This document shows, piece after piece, positions 30,220 through 43,243 of a DNA stretch of 64,000 nucleotides. The stretch is from the NCBI GenBank assembly GCA_963816185.1, contig CAWFJJ010000024.1, positions 416,001-480,000 on the forward strand, in the 5' to 3' direction. Origin of the DNA: Thermoanaerobaculia bacterium. GTDB taxonomy: Bacteria; Acidobacteriota; Thermoanaerobaculia; UBA5066. The translations under genes were made by a program, and so were the position numbers. The notes beneath the pieces were generated by a model that was given only the letters and a program-made list of their open reading frames with translations, was not told the origin of the DNA and searched no databases. Each line of letters opens with the position of its first letter. The stretch's first letter is position 1.

Positions 30220-30953
30220 CGGCTGAAGAGATGGATGATCACCTGCCTCCGCCCGTGCCTGCCGGAAAGCCCGTCCGAGAGAAGAAAGCCCGAACCCCGG
30301 AGGCGCCCCGCCGCACATCCCCCTGGGCGGATCGGGGCCTGTTCCTCGCGTTGGGCCTTCTCGCGGGCTTTTCGGCCGCGTATCTGTACCTGGACAAGAA
30401 CCCGTCGGCGGTGCCGCAGGCTTCCCCGGCCGATCCGCATGCCGGCCTTGCCGGCGTCGGCCCGGGAGCGACACGGGATCTACCCGGCAGCGGCGGCGGG
30501 CAGCCCTCTCTGGCTTCCGACCCGGTCGCCCGGCAGAAGCTGAGCGACCTCGAGGCGGCGGTCGCGAAGGAGCCGAAGAACGCGGACCTTCTCGTGCAGC
30601 TCGGGAACGCGGCGTACGACGTCGAGGACTGGCAGAAGGCGGTCGACTCTTACGAGAGGGCTCTCAAGCTGCGCAGCGCCGATCCCAACGTCCTGACCGA
30701 TCTCGGAGTCGCGTACCGGAATGTCGGCAACGTCGACAAGGCGCTCGCGATGTTCACGCAGGCGTCGGCGCTCGATCCGAACCACTGGCCGGCGCAGTTC
30801 AATCTCGCGATCGTCTACGGCATCGACAAAGGCGACCCGAAGAGAGCTCTCGAGATCCTCGCGAAGCTCAAGAAGGAGCATCCCGAGATCCCCTCGCTCG
30901 ACCGCCTCACGAACGACCTCGAGCAGCGAGCGAAAGGACGCCCAGGGGCGTGA
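30216..30953 (+). CDS. Membrane-anchored TPR protein
   Basis: One TM helix, then TPRs (LVQLGNAAY, VLTDLGVAY, AQFNLAIVY). Confidence 0.82.
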   Translation: MTAEEMDDHLPPPVPAGKPVREKKARTPEAPRRTSPWADRGLFLALGLLAGFSAAYLYLDKNPSAVPQASPADPHAGLAGVGPGATRDLPGSGGGQPSLASDPVARQKLSDLEAAVAKEPKNADLLVQLGNAAYDVEDWQKAVDSYERALKLRSADPNVLTDLGVAYRNVGNVDKALAMFTQASALDPNHWPAQFNLAIVYGIDKGDPKRALEILAKLKKEHPEIPSLDRLTNDLEQRAKGRPGA

Positions 30954-32389
30954 CGCCGTCGCCGGGCGACCTCTTCGAGGACGAGAGCCCGGCTGAAGAG
31001 TCGTCCGCCCACGTGAACGTCGTCCCGCCGGACGCTCCGCTCGCGGAGCGGATGCGCCCACGCGACCTCTCCGAGGTGGAAGGGCCGCCGGACCTCGTCG
31101 GCCCCGGCTCGTTTCTCGCGAAGGCGCTCGCGGCCGACACCGTTCCGTCGATCGTCTTCTGGGGTCCCCCCGGAAGCGGCAAGACGACGCTCGCGAGGAT
31201 CATCGCGGCGAAGACCCAGGCCCGCTTCATCGGCTTCTCGGCTGTCGTCTCGGGCATCAAGGAGATCCGGAGCGTGATGGAGGAAGCGGCCCGCGCCAAG
31301 CGCCGGGGCCGCCGAACGCTGCTGTTCGTGGACGAGATCCACCGTTTCAACCGGGCGCAGCAGGACGCATTCCTGCCGTTCGTCGAGGCCGGGGACATCG
31401 TTCTCGTGGGCGCCACGACCGAGAATCCCTCGTTCGAGCTGAACGGCGCGCTCCTGTCGCGCCTGAGGGTCGTCATTCTGCCTTCTCTGAAAGAAGAGGA
31501 TTTGATTCACCTGATGAAGAGAGCGCTGCAGGATCCCACGAGAGGACTCTCGGCGGCGGTGACGGTGAGTGAAGATGCCTTCGAATGGTTAGGACGCTTT
31601 GCCGACGGCGATGCCCGACGAGCATTGACCGCGCTCGAAGCGGCTTCCTCCCATCTCCTTTCAGAAGAAAACTCTTCGGATTCTTCGAAGGGTTCGATCG
31701 GCGAGGTTACGGCCGCAGCTGATTTGCGGGAGCCCGTGCTCACGGTCCCCGTCCTCGAGGACCTCTTCAGGCGGAAAGTCCTCCTCTACGACAAGTCGGG
31801 CGAGGAGCATTTCAACCTCATCTCGGCGCTCCACAAGTCGCTCCGCGACTCGGACGTGGACGCGTCGCTCTACTGGCTCGCGCGGATGCTCGAAGCGGGG
31901 GAGGACCCGCTTTACATCGCCCGGCGCCTCGTGCGCTTCGCCTCCGAGGACGTCGGTCTCGCCGACTCGTCCTCGCTGACTCTCGCCCTGGCGGCAAAAG
32001 AAGCGGTGCACTTCATCGGCATGCCCGAGGGCGCGCTCGCGCTCGCCGAGATCGCCGTGCACCTGGCGTTGGCGCCGAAGTCGAACGCGCTCTACGCGGC
32101 GTACGGAGAGGCCGTGGCCGACGTGCACGAACGCCCGAACGAGCCGCCTCCGCTCGCGATCCGCAACGCGCCGACGAAGCTCATGAAAGACGTGGGCTAC
32201 GGGTTGGGCTACCGCTACGCGCACGATCTGGCCGAGAAGACGGCCGGCCTCTCCTGCCTGCCCGACGCGCTGCAGGGCCGGAACTACTACCGGCCGTCGG
32301 GCGAGGGAGCCGAGAAGGAACTCAAGGCGCGGGCGGGGGCGGTCAGGGCGCTGCGGGAGAGGATGAAGAAGGAGAAAGAGAAAGGATGA
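30950..32389 (+). CDS. rarA: Replication-associated recombination protein A (MgsA)
   Basis: PLAERMRP, WGPPGSGKTT, FVDEIHRFN.AQQD, ISALHKSLR.SD, ASEDVGLAD. Confidence 0.95.
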   Translation: MTPSPGDLFEDESPAEESSAHVNVVPPDAPLAERMRPRDLSEVEGPPDLVGPGSFLAKALAADTVPSIVFWGPPGSGKTTLARIIAAKTQARFIGFSAVVSGIKEIRSVMEEAARAKRRGRRTLLFVDEIHRFNRAQQDAFLPFVEAGDIVLVGATTENPSFELNGALLSRLRVVILPSLKEEDLIHLMKRALQDPTRGLSAAVTVSEDAFEWLGRFADGDARRALTALEAASSHLLSEENSSDSSKGSIGEVTAAADLREPVLTVPVLEDLFRRKVLLYDKSGEEHFNLISALHKSLRDSDVDASLYWLARMLEAGEDPLYIARRLVRFASEDVGLADSSSLTLALAAKEAVHFIGMPEGALALAEIAVHLALAPKSNALYAAYGEAVADVHERPNEPPPLAIRNAPTKLMKDVGYGLGYRYAHDLAEKTAGLSCLPDALQGRNYYRPSGEGAEKELKARAGAVRALRERMKKEKEKG

Positions 32390-32406
32390 TCTGTTCGGAC
32401 CCGCGG

Positions 32407-32610
32407 TCAGAACCATTCTCTTTGCTTGGCGATGGGAAGCAGGATGAGCAAAGCGCCGACGAGGAGCGTAAGGAGCGGGTTGGAGATGAAGTACGGGTAG
32501 ATGATGAGTGCGGCGCCGACAACGATGTACCAAGGCTCGAATTGACGCTTACCATAGAGGAGGTAGGCTCCGCCGATCGCGCCGAAGAGCAGGTCGAGAA
32601 CGAGCGTCAA
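32407..32610 (-). CDS. Small conserved-type membrane protein
   Basis: 67 aa, hydrophobic, G..Y..YGKRQ and YPYF patterns. Confidence 0.6.
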   Translation of the reverse strand: MTLVLDLLFGAIGGAYLLYGKRQFEPWYIVVGAALIIYPYFISNPLLTLLVGALLILLPIAKQREWF

Positions 32611-32686
32611 GCGCGAGCGCCTTCTGAGCCGCGCCGTCGCATCAACAGGCGACAGGGCACGCGGTTATATTTCGGATTTCGGACCG

Positions 32687-33355
32687 TCACGACCGACTCC
32701 TTTTCGTCGGCACGCCCGCCTCGCCCAAGCGCTTTCGAAAGTGGTCCCGCCAGCCCTGGGGGAGCGCCCGCAGCTCGATCACTCGGCGCAGGAGCTCTTG
32801 GTTCACGCCATCGGCGGCGTACAGCCGGGCGATGTCCAGAACCGTGATTCCCTCCTCATCGCGCGCCGTGACCGTGACGGAGTCGTCGGCGGCCACGTCG
32901 CCTTCCCGGGACACGCTCAGATAGAACCCCGTCCTTTCGCTCGACAGGAACCGCTTCACGATGTCGGGTCGGCCGAAGCGGATCCCGAGCTTGAAGCACG
33001 GCATTCGGGGCTGCGTGACGGAGAACTCCGCCGAGCCGATCCGCAACCGATCCCCGATATGGATCGTGTCCTCGAATACTCCTTCCGCCGTGAAGTTCTC
33101 GCCGAAGGCGCCCCAGGGGAGGGCGACACCGGGGAGCTCCTCGCGCCAGAACGCGTAATGCTCCGACGGATAGACGTACACGGCCTTGTCGGCCCCTCCG
33201 TGAACCGTGAGGTCCGACTGCCGGTCGCCTTCCACGTTGAGCTTCCTGACGCGTACGCGGCCTGGGACCGGCGCCTTGAAGATCGAGGTCGTCACGGTCT
33301 TGCCGCGCCATAGCACCTCGCGTGGAAGGCCGACGTTGATCGATACGATTCTCAT
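32687..33355 (-). CDS. MOSC domain protein (YiiM-like)
   Basis: GDRQSD..VHGG.DKAVY, GAFGENF, QPRMPCFKL, TGFY. Confidence 0.92.
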   Translation of the reverse strand: MRIVSINVGLPREVLWRGKTVTTSIFKAPVPGRVRVRKLNVEGDRQSDLTVHGGADKAVYVYPSEHYAFWREELPGVALPWGAFGENFTAEGVFEDTIHIGDRLRIGSAEFSVTQPRMPCFKLGIRFGRPDIVKRFLSSERTGFYLSVSREGDVAADDSVTVTARDEEGITVLDIARLYAADGVNQELLRRVIELRALPQGWRDHFRKRLGEAGVPTKRSRS

Positions 33356-33368
33356 CCGGCGTCTCCCG

Positions 33369-34121
33369 CTAAGAGATCCGCCCCGCGCGAAGGGCGAGCG
33401 GCCAGGTGATCGTCTTCTCGGACACCGGGTCGCCCCAGGCCTCTGCGAAAGACTCTGCGAGCTCCGCGACCGGATCGCGGCCGGTCTCCTTCGTACAGCG
33501 CTTGACGGCGGACCAGGTCGAGAGATAGCCGAGGGTCCGTTCGAGGTCCCACGCGGCCGTCATCGCCACGGGCGGTACGGGAATTTCTTCGAAGGGGAAA
33601 AGAAGATCGGCGTAGCGGCGGGAGACGAGGGCGCGTTCGGGCGGCCAGTACGGCTCGACGCGAGCGTGAAAGCGGCGAATGACCGCTCCCGCCTCGCCCT
33701 TCACGTCGAAAAGATCGTAGGCCCACACCGCGACGGCGCCTCCCGGCACGGCGACCCTGTTCACCTCTTCGAAGAATCTCTTCTGATCGAACCAGTGAAC
33801 CGCCTGCCCGACGGTCACGAGGTCGGCCCAGCGGTCCGGGAGGCCCGACTTCTCGGCCGGCGTCACCCGGTACGTGACACGCGGGTGCGGCGTCGCGTGG
33901 GCGATCTGGTCGGCGCTCGCGTCCGTCGCGACGACTTCGGCGAAGTGCTCCGCGAGAGGCACCGCGGCCTGCCCGCTTCCGGTGCCCGCGTCCCAGCAGC
34001 GCTCGTGCCGCGGCGCCAGCGCTGCGACGGTTCGGAAGAGCTCGGGCGGATACGCGGGCCGGTAGCGGGCGTAATCGCTTGCGTGGCCCGAGAAGTGGTC
34101 CTTGAAGGCGGGTTCGCTCAG
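33369..34121 (-). CDS. Class I SAM-dependent methyltransferase (probable CTG start)
   Basis: [40 protein letters not shown]. Confidence 0.85.
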   Translation of the reverse strand: MSEPAFKDHFSGHASDYARYRPAYPPELFRTVAALAPRHERCWDAGTGSGQAAVPLAEHFAEVVATDASADQIAHATPHPRVTYRVTPAEKSGLPDRWADLVTVGQAVHWFDQKRFFEEVNRVAVPGGAVAVWAYDLFDVKGEAGAVIRRFHARVEPYWPPERALVSRRYADLLFPFEEIPVPPVAMTAAWDLERTLGYLSTWSAVKRCTKETGRDPVAELAESFAEAWGDPVSEKTITWPLALRAGRIS

Positions 34122-35590
34122 ATTTCTTCGCGCCTGTAGTTCGGGGCTTCTTTCGTGATGATCACGTCGTGAGCGTGGCTCTCCTTGAGGCCGGCCGTCG
34201 TGATGCGCACGAACCGCGCCTTCTTCACGAGCTCCGGGAGGGTCGCCGCGCCCGCGAGTCCCATGCCGGAGCGCACGCCGCCTGTCAGCTGCGCGAGGAG
34301 CGTCGAGACGGGCCCCTTGTGGGGAACCATGCCCTCGATGCCCTCCGGCACGAGCTTCTGCGGCTCTTCCTCGTCCTGGAAGTACCGGTCGGCGGAGCCC
34401 AGCTTCATCGCGCCGAGCGAGCCCATGCCGCGATACGCCTTGAACGTGCGGCCCTGGTAGAGGATCGTCTCGCCCGGCGCCTCGTCCGTGCCCGCGAAGA
34501 GGCTGCCGATCATCACGGAATGCGCGCCCGCCGCGAGGGCCTTCGTGACGTCGCCCGAGAACTTGATGCCGCCGTCGGCCACGAGCGAGACGCCCGTCTT
34601 CCCCAGGCCCTTCACGCACTCGCGGATGGCGTGGATCTGCGGCACGCCGGCGCCCGTGACGACGCGCGTCGTGCAGATGGAACCGGGCCCGACGCCGATC
34701 TTCACGGCGTCGGCCCCCCGGCGCACGAGATCGCGGGTGCCTTCGGCCGTCGCCACGTTGCCCGCCAGAACGGGAGTGGATGGGAACTTCTTCTTCAGGG
34801 ACGTGAGCGCCCCCAGCACGCCTTCGCTGTGGCCGTGCGAGGAGTCGAGGACGAGGAGATCCACCTTCGCGTCGACGAGCTCCCGGGCCCGGTCGAGGAG
34901 ATCGTTGCTCGCGCCCACGGCCGCGGCCACGCGCAGGCGGCCGAACGAGTCCTTGCACGCGCTCGGATACTTGATCTGTTTCTGGATGTCCTTGACCGTG
35001 ATGAGCCCCTTGAGGTTGCCGGCGCGGTCCACGACGAGCAGCTTCTCGATGCGATGCCGGTGAAGCAGCTCCTTGGCCTGCTCGAGCGTCGTGCCCGGCG
35101 GGCACGTCACGAGGTTCTCCTTCGTCATGCGTTCCGAGATGGGGAGGTCCATGCGCGTCTCGAAGCGCAGGTCGCGGTTCGTCAGGATGCCGACGAGCTT
35201 GCCGCGGTCGTCCACGACCGGCACCCCCGAGATCCGGAAATTCGCCATGACCTCGAGCGCTTCGGAGATCCTCTGGGTCGGACGGCAGGTGACGGGGTCG
35301 ACGATCATCCCGCTCTCCGAGCGCTTCACCTTGTCGACCTCGGCGGCCTGCGAATCGATCGTGAGGTTCTTGTGGATGACGCCGAGGCCGCCGTTCTGCG
35401 CCATGGCGATCGCCAGGCGCGACTCGGTGACCGTGTCCATGGCGGCCGAAAGGATGGGGATGTTGAGGCCGATCCCCGGCGCGAGCCGGGTCCTCAGGTC
35501 GGTTTCGGCGGGATGGACTTTCGAGCGGGCGGGGAGGAGGAGGACGTCGTCGAACGTGAGGGCGAGCGGGATTTCCCGGTCATTCACCAT
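34118..35590 (-). CDS. guaB: IMP dehydrogenase
   Basis: [19 protein letters not shown] pair, [21 protein letters not shown]. Confidence 0.98.
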   Translation of the reverse strand: MVNDREIPLALTFDDVLLLPARSKVHPAETDLRTRLAPGIGLNIPILSAAMDTVTESRLAIAMAQNGGLGVIHKNLTIDSQAAEVDKVKRSESGMIVDPVTCRPTQRISEALEVMANFRISGVPVVDDRGKLVGILTNRDLRFETRMDLPISERMTKENLVTCPPGTTLEQAKELLHRHRIEKLLVVDRAGNLKGLITVKDIQKQIKYPSACKDSFGRLRVAAAVGASNDLLDRARELVDAKVDLLVLDSSHGHSEGVLGALTSLKKKFPSTPVLAGNVATAEGTRDLVRRGADAVKIGVGPGSICTTRVVTGAGVPQIHAIRECVKGLGKTGVSLVADGGIKFSGDVTKALAAGAHSVMIGSLFAGTDEAPGETILYQGRTFKAYRGMGSLGAMKLGSADRYFQDEEEPQKLVPEGIEGMVPHKGPVSTLLAQLTGGVRSGMGLAGAATLPELVKKARFVRITTAGLKESHAHDVIITKEAPNYRREEI

Positions 35591-35635
35591 GAGGAGTCAT
35601 ACCACAGACGGTGGATAACCCCTCTCGTCCCCGGT

Positions 35636-38473
<2,838 letters not shown>

Positions 38474-38547
38474 GAAGGAATTGCGCGCGCAAAGAGCGCG
38501 CGCGGGAGATTGAGTTTAGCAGGAAGGGGAAGATGCGCTCGGTGCTC

Positions 38548-38758
38548 GGGCGTCAAGGCAGACCGCTTCGCGGCGCCTTCGGCGGCCTTGACTCCCTTCG
38601 CGCCTCGCGCCGGATTCCGTCCATCGAAGGTTCTTCGAACCTTCGCTTTCTCCTGAAAACGGAGGATGTGAATCCTCCGATAGAAGAATCCGAGCCTGAG
38701 CGGCGCGCGAGTCAACCGTCGCGCAGCGACCGCCGGAGGCGGCTCGCGGTTGACACGC
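38548..38758. repeat. Three tandem Y-shaped palindromic units (REP-like) between the M23 gene and secA
   Basis: GGGCGTCAAGGC..GCCTTGACTCCC, CGGATTC..GAATCCG and GTCAACCG..CGGTTGAC stems, each enclosing two mini-hairpins. Confidence 0.75.
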
Positions 38759-38778
38759 GTGGCGCGAGGGCTATCCGA

Positions 38779-39657
38779 CTAAAAGGCGTTCAGGACGTAA
38801 TCCAGGGGGTTCACCGGCTTGCCGTCGTTGTGCACCTCGTAGTGGAGGTGGGGTCCGGTGGAGCGGCCCGTGGAGCCGACGAGCGCGATGAGGTCTCCGC
38901 GCTTGATGCGCTGGCCCTCGGCGACTCGCGCCGTCTGGAGGTGTCCGAAGAGCGTCGTGATTCCGTATCCGTGGGCGATCTCCACGAAGCGGCCGTAGCC
39001 CTTGTCCCAGCCTACCCGCACGACCGTGCCCGACGCCGGGGCGACGACGCGATTCCCGGCCGGGGTCGAGATGTCGATGCCCGTGTGGAATTCGGAGTGG
39101 TTCGTGAAGGGGTCGGGGCGCGCCCCGAAGCCCGCCGTCAGCACGCCGGCCGCAGGGGCGATGCTCGGAGTGAGGGCGAGCTGGTCGGCCTCCAGGTAGA
39201 GCTTCTTCTCGACGAGCGTGAGGCGCGACGACAGGAGGGCGCCACGCCGCCCGGCCTCGCTGAGACCCGATTCGACGGATTCCGCGGGGTTCGCGGGGAC
39301 CGCGGTGAGACCGCCGACGCCGCCGGTGCCGGGATCGCGCACCGCCGAAAGGCCGGCGACGATCGACAGGCGGCGCGTGCGATCCTCGAAGTCGGCCAGC
39401 ATTTTCTCGATCGACTCCAGGCGCGTGTTCGTGAGGGCCGTCCGCGATCTCAGGTCCGAGTTCTCGGCGAGGATGGCGGTGACCTCTCTGTTCCTGCGGA
39501 TCGACCGGACCCACAGGACCGAGAAGGTCACGCCGAGGACGACCGCGAGGCCGAAAGAGATTCCCAGGCACCAGAGAAGCCGCGAGGAGACGCGAAACTG
39601 CCGAAAACGCGCCGTGGCGTGCGGCAGGAAGATGATGGTGTGCTCTCTTCTCGGCAT
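38779..39657 (-). CDS. M23 family metallopeptidase with coiled coil
   Basis: HTGID, GYG..V, HL, STGPHLHYEV. Confidence 0.93.
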   Translation of the reverse strand: MPRREHTIIFLPHATARFRQFRVSSRLLWCLGISFGLAVVLGVTFSVLWVRSIRRNREVTAILAENSDLRSRTALTNTRLESIEKMLADFEDRTRRLSIVAGLSAVRDPGTGGVGGLTAVPANPAESVESGLSEAGRRGALLSSRLTLVEKKLYLEADQLALTPSIAPAAGVLTAGFGARPDPFTNHSEFHTGIDISTPAGNRVVAPASGTVVRVGWDKGYGRFVEIAHGYGITTLFGHLQTARVAEGQRIKRGDLIALVGSTGRSTGPHLHYEVHNDGKPVNPLDYVLNAF

Positions 39658-39747
39658 CCGTTCCCTTCCTTGGGCGTTTTCTTCCCTCGGCACGAACAAA
39701 CACACGCACAGCCTTACACCTGGAAGGCCACCGATTGGACGATCGAA

Positions 39748-39775
39748 ATCTTAAGCCGCTTGGAAGGCCTGTCAA
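39748..39775 (-). promoter_or_regulatory. Sigma70-type promoter of the M23 gene
   Basis: TTGACA-16 nt-TAAGAT on the minus strand. Confidence 0.6.
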
Positions 39776-39818
39776 GGAAGATTCGCCCTCTTCATTCAAC
39801 TCATTGACAAAGGGGAAG

Positions 39819-41333
39819 CTAAGTCGTATTGGCGGGCCGATAACGAAGGGCCTCGGCCACGTGCGCGGGCTGGATCCCGGCCGCGTCCTGTATATCCGCG
39901 ATTGTACGAGCAACGCGCAGAACGCGCTGGAAACCCCTGGCCGACAGTGTGAGGCGGTCGACGGCGCGCGTCAGGAGCGCGCGGGCCTCCGGCGTCGTCT
40001 TCAGGATCGAGCGGGCAAGGCGGCCCGGTAGGGCCGCGTTCACGAGGCGGGGGTCGCCGTTACGCGCCGTCTGTCGCGCCCGCGCGGCTTCGACCCGAGC
40101 ACGGACGGCGGCCGATGTCTCGCCGTCTCCCTCGGTGCCGAGGTCCGACGCCGCGAGCGCCGGCACCTCGACGTGCAGGTCGATGCGGTCGAGGAGCGGC
40201 CCCGAGATCTTCCGGCGATAGCGCGCCACGTCGCGCGGCGAGCACGAGCAGGCGCGCCTCGGGTCCCCGCGGAAACCGCAGGGGCACGGGTTCATCGCGC
40301 CGACGAGGAGGAACCGGGCCGGAAAGGTGCGGGCTCCGGCCACACGGGCGACGGAGACGACCCCGTCTTCGAGAGGCTCGCGCAGCGCCTCGAGCGCGTC
40401 CCGCCGGAACTCGGGCAGCTCGTCGAGAAAAAGGACGCCGAAGTGCGCAAGCGAGAGCTCCCCGGGCCGCGGGTCGACTCCTCCGCCCGCGAGAGCCGCC
40501 GCGGACGCTCCATGGTGCGGAGAGCGGAACGGGCGCTGCGTGAGGAGCCCGCTTCCTGCCGGAAGGCGGCCCGCGACGCTCCAGATGCGCGTCGCGTCGA
40601 GACTTTCCTCGCGTGAGAGCGGTGGAAGGATTCCGGGCAGTCTCCGCGCCAGCATCGTCTTGCCGGAGCCGGGCGGTCCGGAAAACAGGATGTTGTGCCC
40701 GCCCGCGGCGGCGATCTCGAGCGCGCGGCGTGCGACGGCCTGGCCCCTCACGTCCGCGAGATCCGGCTCGGAACCGGGGAGCGGCCTCGCGGCGGCGGAA
40801 GGGACGACGCGCGGAAGGATCTCCCGCGCAAGAAGGTGGGCGATCGCCGCGCCGAGATGCGGCGCCGCAAAGACCTGGAGAGACGGGATCGCGGCCGCTT
40901 CTTCCGCGTTCTCGAGGGGAACGAGGAGAGCGCGCTCCTCGCGGCGTGACGTCTCGGCGAACGACAGAACGCCCGGCACGCCCCGGAGCTCCCCGTCGAG
41001 GGCGAGCTCTCCGACGAGGGTCGTCTTCGCGAGCGCCTCGGCGGGCAGGTCTCCGTTCGCGGCGAGGATCGCGAGCGCGACGGCGAGATCCAGAGCCGTG
41101 CCCGATTTCGGGAGGTCGGCCGGCGCAAGGTTGACGACGATGTTCTTCGACGGCATCGGAAATCCGACGTGCCGGAGAGCCGAGCGAATCCGCTCGCGGC
41201 TTTCCTTCACGGCCGCGTCCGGGAGGCCCACGATCGTGAGACCGGGAAGCCCCGCCCCGATCGCGGCCTCCACGACGACCGTGCGGCCCTCGAGGCCGGC
41301 GACCGCCGCCGAGTACGCGCGGGCGACGGTCAT
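39819..41333 (-). CDS. comM: YifB/ComM family Mg-chelatase-like AAA ATPase
   Basis: IVGLPDAAVKESRERI, NLAPADLPK, GPPGSGKTMLA, PFRSPHH, LFLDELPEF, AMNPCPCG. Confidence 0.93.
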   Translation of the reverse strand: MTVARAYSAAVAGLEGRTVVVEAAIGAGLPGLTIVGLPDAAVKESRERIRSALRHVGFPMPSKNIVVNLAPADLPKSGTALDLAVALAILAANGDLPAEALAKTTLVGELALDGELRGVPGVLSFAETSRREERALLVPLENAEEAAAIPSLQVFAAPHLGAAIAHLLAREILPRVVPSAAARPLPGSEPDLADVRGQAVARRALEIAAAGGHNILFSGPPGSGKTMLARRLPGILPPLSREESLDATRIWSVAGRLPAGSGLLTQRPFRSPHHGASAAALAGGGVDPRPGELSLAHFGVLFLDELPEFRRDALEALREPLEDGVVSVARVAGARTFPARFLLVGAMNPCPCGFRGDPRRACSCSPRDVARYRRKISGPLLDRIDLHVEVPALAASDLGTEGDGETSAAVRARVEAARARQTARNGDPRLVNAALPGRLARSILKTTPEARALLTRAVDRLTLSARGFQRVLRVARTIADIQDAAGIQPAHVAEALRYRPANTT

Positions 41334-41344
41334 CGTCTCCCTGG

Positions 41345-43186
41345 TCAGTTCAGGACGGCGAGGGTGAGGGTCAGGGTCTGGCCCGCGCGGAGCGAGCGGG
41401 CCGAGCGCAGGCGGTTCTCGCGGACGATGGCCTTGATCGTCGTCCCGTAGCGTGCGGCGAGAGAGTAGACGGTGTCGCCGGGCTTCACGGTGTGCCGGAT
41501 CCTCCGGGCCGTGGGGGCTGCGGCCTTTACAGGGGCGGCATGGGAGTCTGCGAAGCCGTCCGCCGGAATATCGACGCGCGCCGGGAGCGGCGCCGCCGCG
41601 GCCGATGCGACCACGGCGGCGGGCGCCGTTGCCGCGGGAGCGGAGGTGAACGGGCCGACGTCCGAGGCGCGCGTGACCGCCGCCGCTGGTGTCGGAACGC
41701 CGCGGATCTCGCCCTGAGGTGCGCGAGACGCCGAGGCGAGCGCGACACGGTGCGGGGCGGTCCCGCGCGTGCCCGGCACGACGAGCACGGTGCCCTTCTT
41801 CAAGCGAGCCGTGCGGGGCAGGTCGTTCCAGTCGCACAGCTCGGCGACGGACACGTGCGTGCGGTGCGCGATCTTCTTGAGCGAGTCGCCCTTCCTGACG
41901 ACGACGCGCTTCTCGAGGACGGCGCGCGCGGCGGGCAGCGCAGCGATTTGCGACGCCAGAAGGGCCGTCGAGCCGGCGGGAACGCGCACGTCGTAAGCAG
42001 GGACTCCGGAAGGAGTCGCTCGCGTCTTGAGCTCGCTGTTGAGGAGCTGGAGGTCCGCGAGGGTCGACTGGGTGAGCTCGGCCACGCGCGCGAGATCGAC
42101 CGGCTTGCGGACCGTCACGGTGTCCCAGGCGATCGGCGGATCGGGCACGACGTCGAAGCCGAATCTCTTCGGATCCTTCGAGATGAGCGCCGCTGCGAGA
42201 ATGAACGGCACGTAGTCGCGCGTCTCCCGCCGGAGGCTGCTGCCCGCCGCGAGCTCCCAGAAGTCGCGCGCGCCCGTACGCTGGAGGCTCTTGAGGATCC
42301 GGCCCTCGCCCCCGTCGTACGCGGCCATGGCGAGGTGCCAGTCCCCGAACATCTCGTACAGGTCGCGGAAATACGCCGCGGCCGCGCGCGTGGACTTCAC
42401 GGGGTCGCTCCGCTCGTCGAGGGAACGATTCCGCTTGAGGCCGTAACGTTTGCCCGTGCCGGCGATGAACTGCCAGAAGCCGTGGGCGGCGGCGCGCGAG
42501 TGAGCCTGGTACTTGAAAGCAGACTCGACCATCGCGACATAGACGAGATCCTGCGGAACGCCCTCCTCCTTGAGAACGCCGCGCATGAGGTCGAGGTAGC
42601 GCCCGCTGCGCTTGAGGGCCCCTGCGAAGGCCAGGGGGGTGCGGAACTGATAGAAGGCCACGGCGCGGAGGACGGCGTCGTTCACGACGATCGGAATGTC
42701 GAAGCCTGGTCCCGGAGCCGCCGAGCCGACCTCCGTCTTGGCCTTCTCGACCTCGTCCGCAGACGGGAGCGGCGCGTTGGCGACGAGGCTGTCGCGCGGG
42801 TCCTCGGCGGGAGCGCGGTCGGGCTCGGCAGGACGCGAGCCGGCCTCGATCGCGGGTCGGTAGAGGTCGATCGAGTCGTAGAGCTCGCTCGCGAACGCGA
42901 GGTCGGACGGGTCGCCCTCCCGCGAGGCGATCCGGACCGTCTCGAGGGCATCGCGAAAGGCCTCTCGGGCGCAGTCGCTCTCGCCCGCGAGCGCGAGCTC
43001 TTTGCCCTGGTAGAACTGTTCGGCGGCCAGCTTGCGCGCGGCGGAAATCGCCGGCGGGTTCTCGGGCGGCGCGATCCGCGAAACCGGGACCTGGCGGGGC
43101 GCGGCCGCGCAGCCCGCAATCACGAGAGGCAGGAATCCCGCCGCGGCACGCAGGATTCGGGCGGAGAGCCGCCGGCCGTTTCTCAT
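41345..43186 (-). CDS. mltD: MltD-like lytic transglycosylase with LysM domains (lipoprotein)
   Basis: Lipobox IAGC, AMVES, GFWQFI, LAMAAYDGG, RETRDYV, two LysM domains. Confidence 0.88.
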   Translation of the reverse strand: MRNGRRLSARILRAAAGFLPLVIAGCAAAPRQVPVSRIAPPENPPAISAARKLAAEQFYQGKELALAGESDCAREAFRDALETVRIASREGDPSDLAFASELYDSIDLYRPAIEAGSRPAEPDRAPAEDPRDSLVANAPLPSADEVEKAKTEVGSAAPGPGFDIPIVVNDAVLRAVAFYQFRTPLAFAGALKRSGRYLDLMRGVLKEEGVPQDLVYVAMVESAFKYQAHSRAAAHGFWQFIAGTGKRYGLKRNRSLDERSDPVKSTRAAAAYFRDLYEMFGDWHLAMAAYDGGEGRILKSLQRTGARDFWELAAGSSLRRETRDYVPFILAAALISKDPKRFGFDVVPDPPIAWDTVTVRKPVDLARVAELTQSTLADLQLLNSELKTRATPSGVPAYDVRVPAGSTALLASQIAALPAARAVLEKRVVVRKGDSLKKIAHRTHVSVAELCDWNDLPRTARLKKGTVLVVPGTRGTAPHRVALASASRAPQGEIRGVPTPAAAVTRASDVGPFTSAPAATAPAAVVASAAAAPLPARVDIPADGFADSHAAPVKAAAPTARRIRHTVKPGDTVYSLAARYGTTIKAIVRENRLRSARSLRAGQTLTLTLAVLN

Positions 43187-43243
43187 CACCGGCAAGTGAA
43201 CCCGACCCAAGAGAGGGAGGTCAAGCAAAATCGCTTCGCGCTC

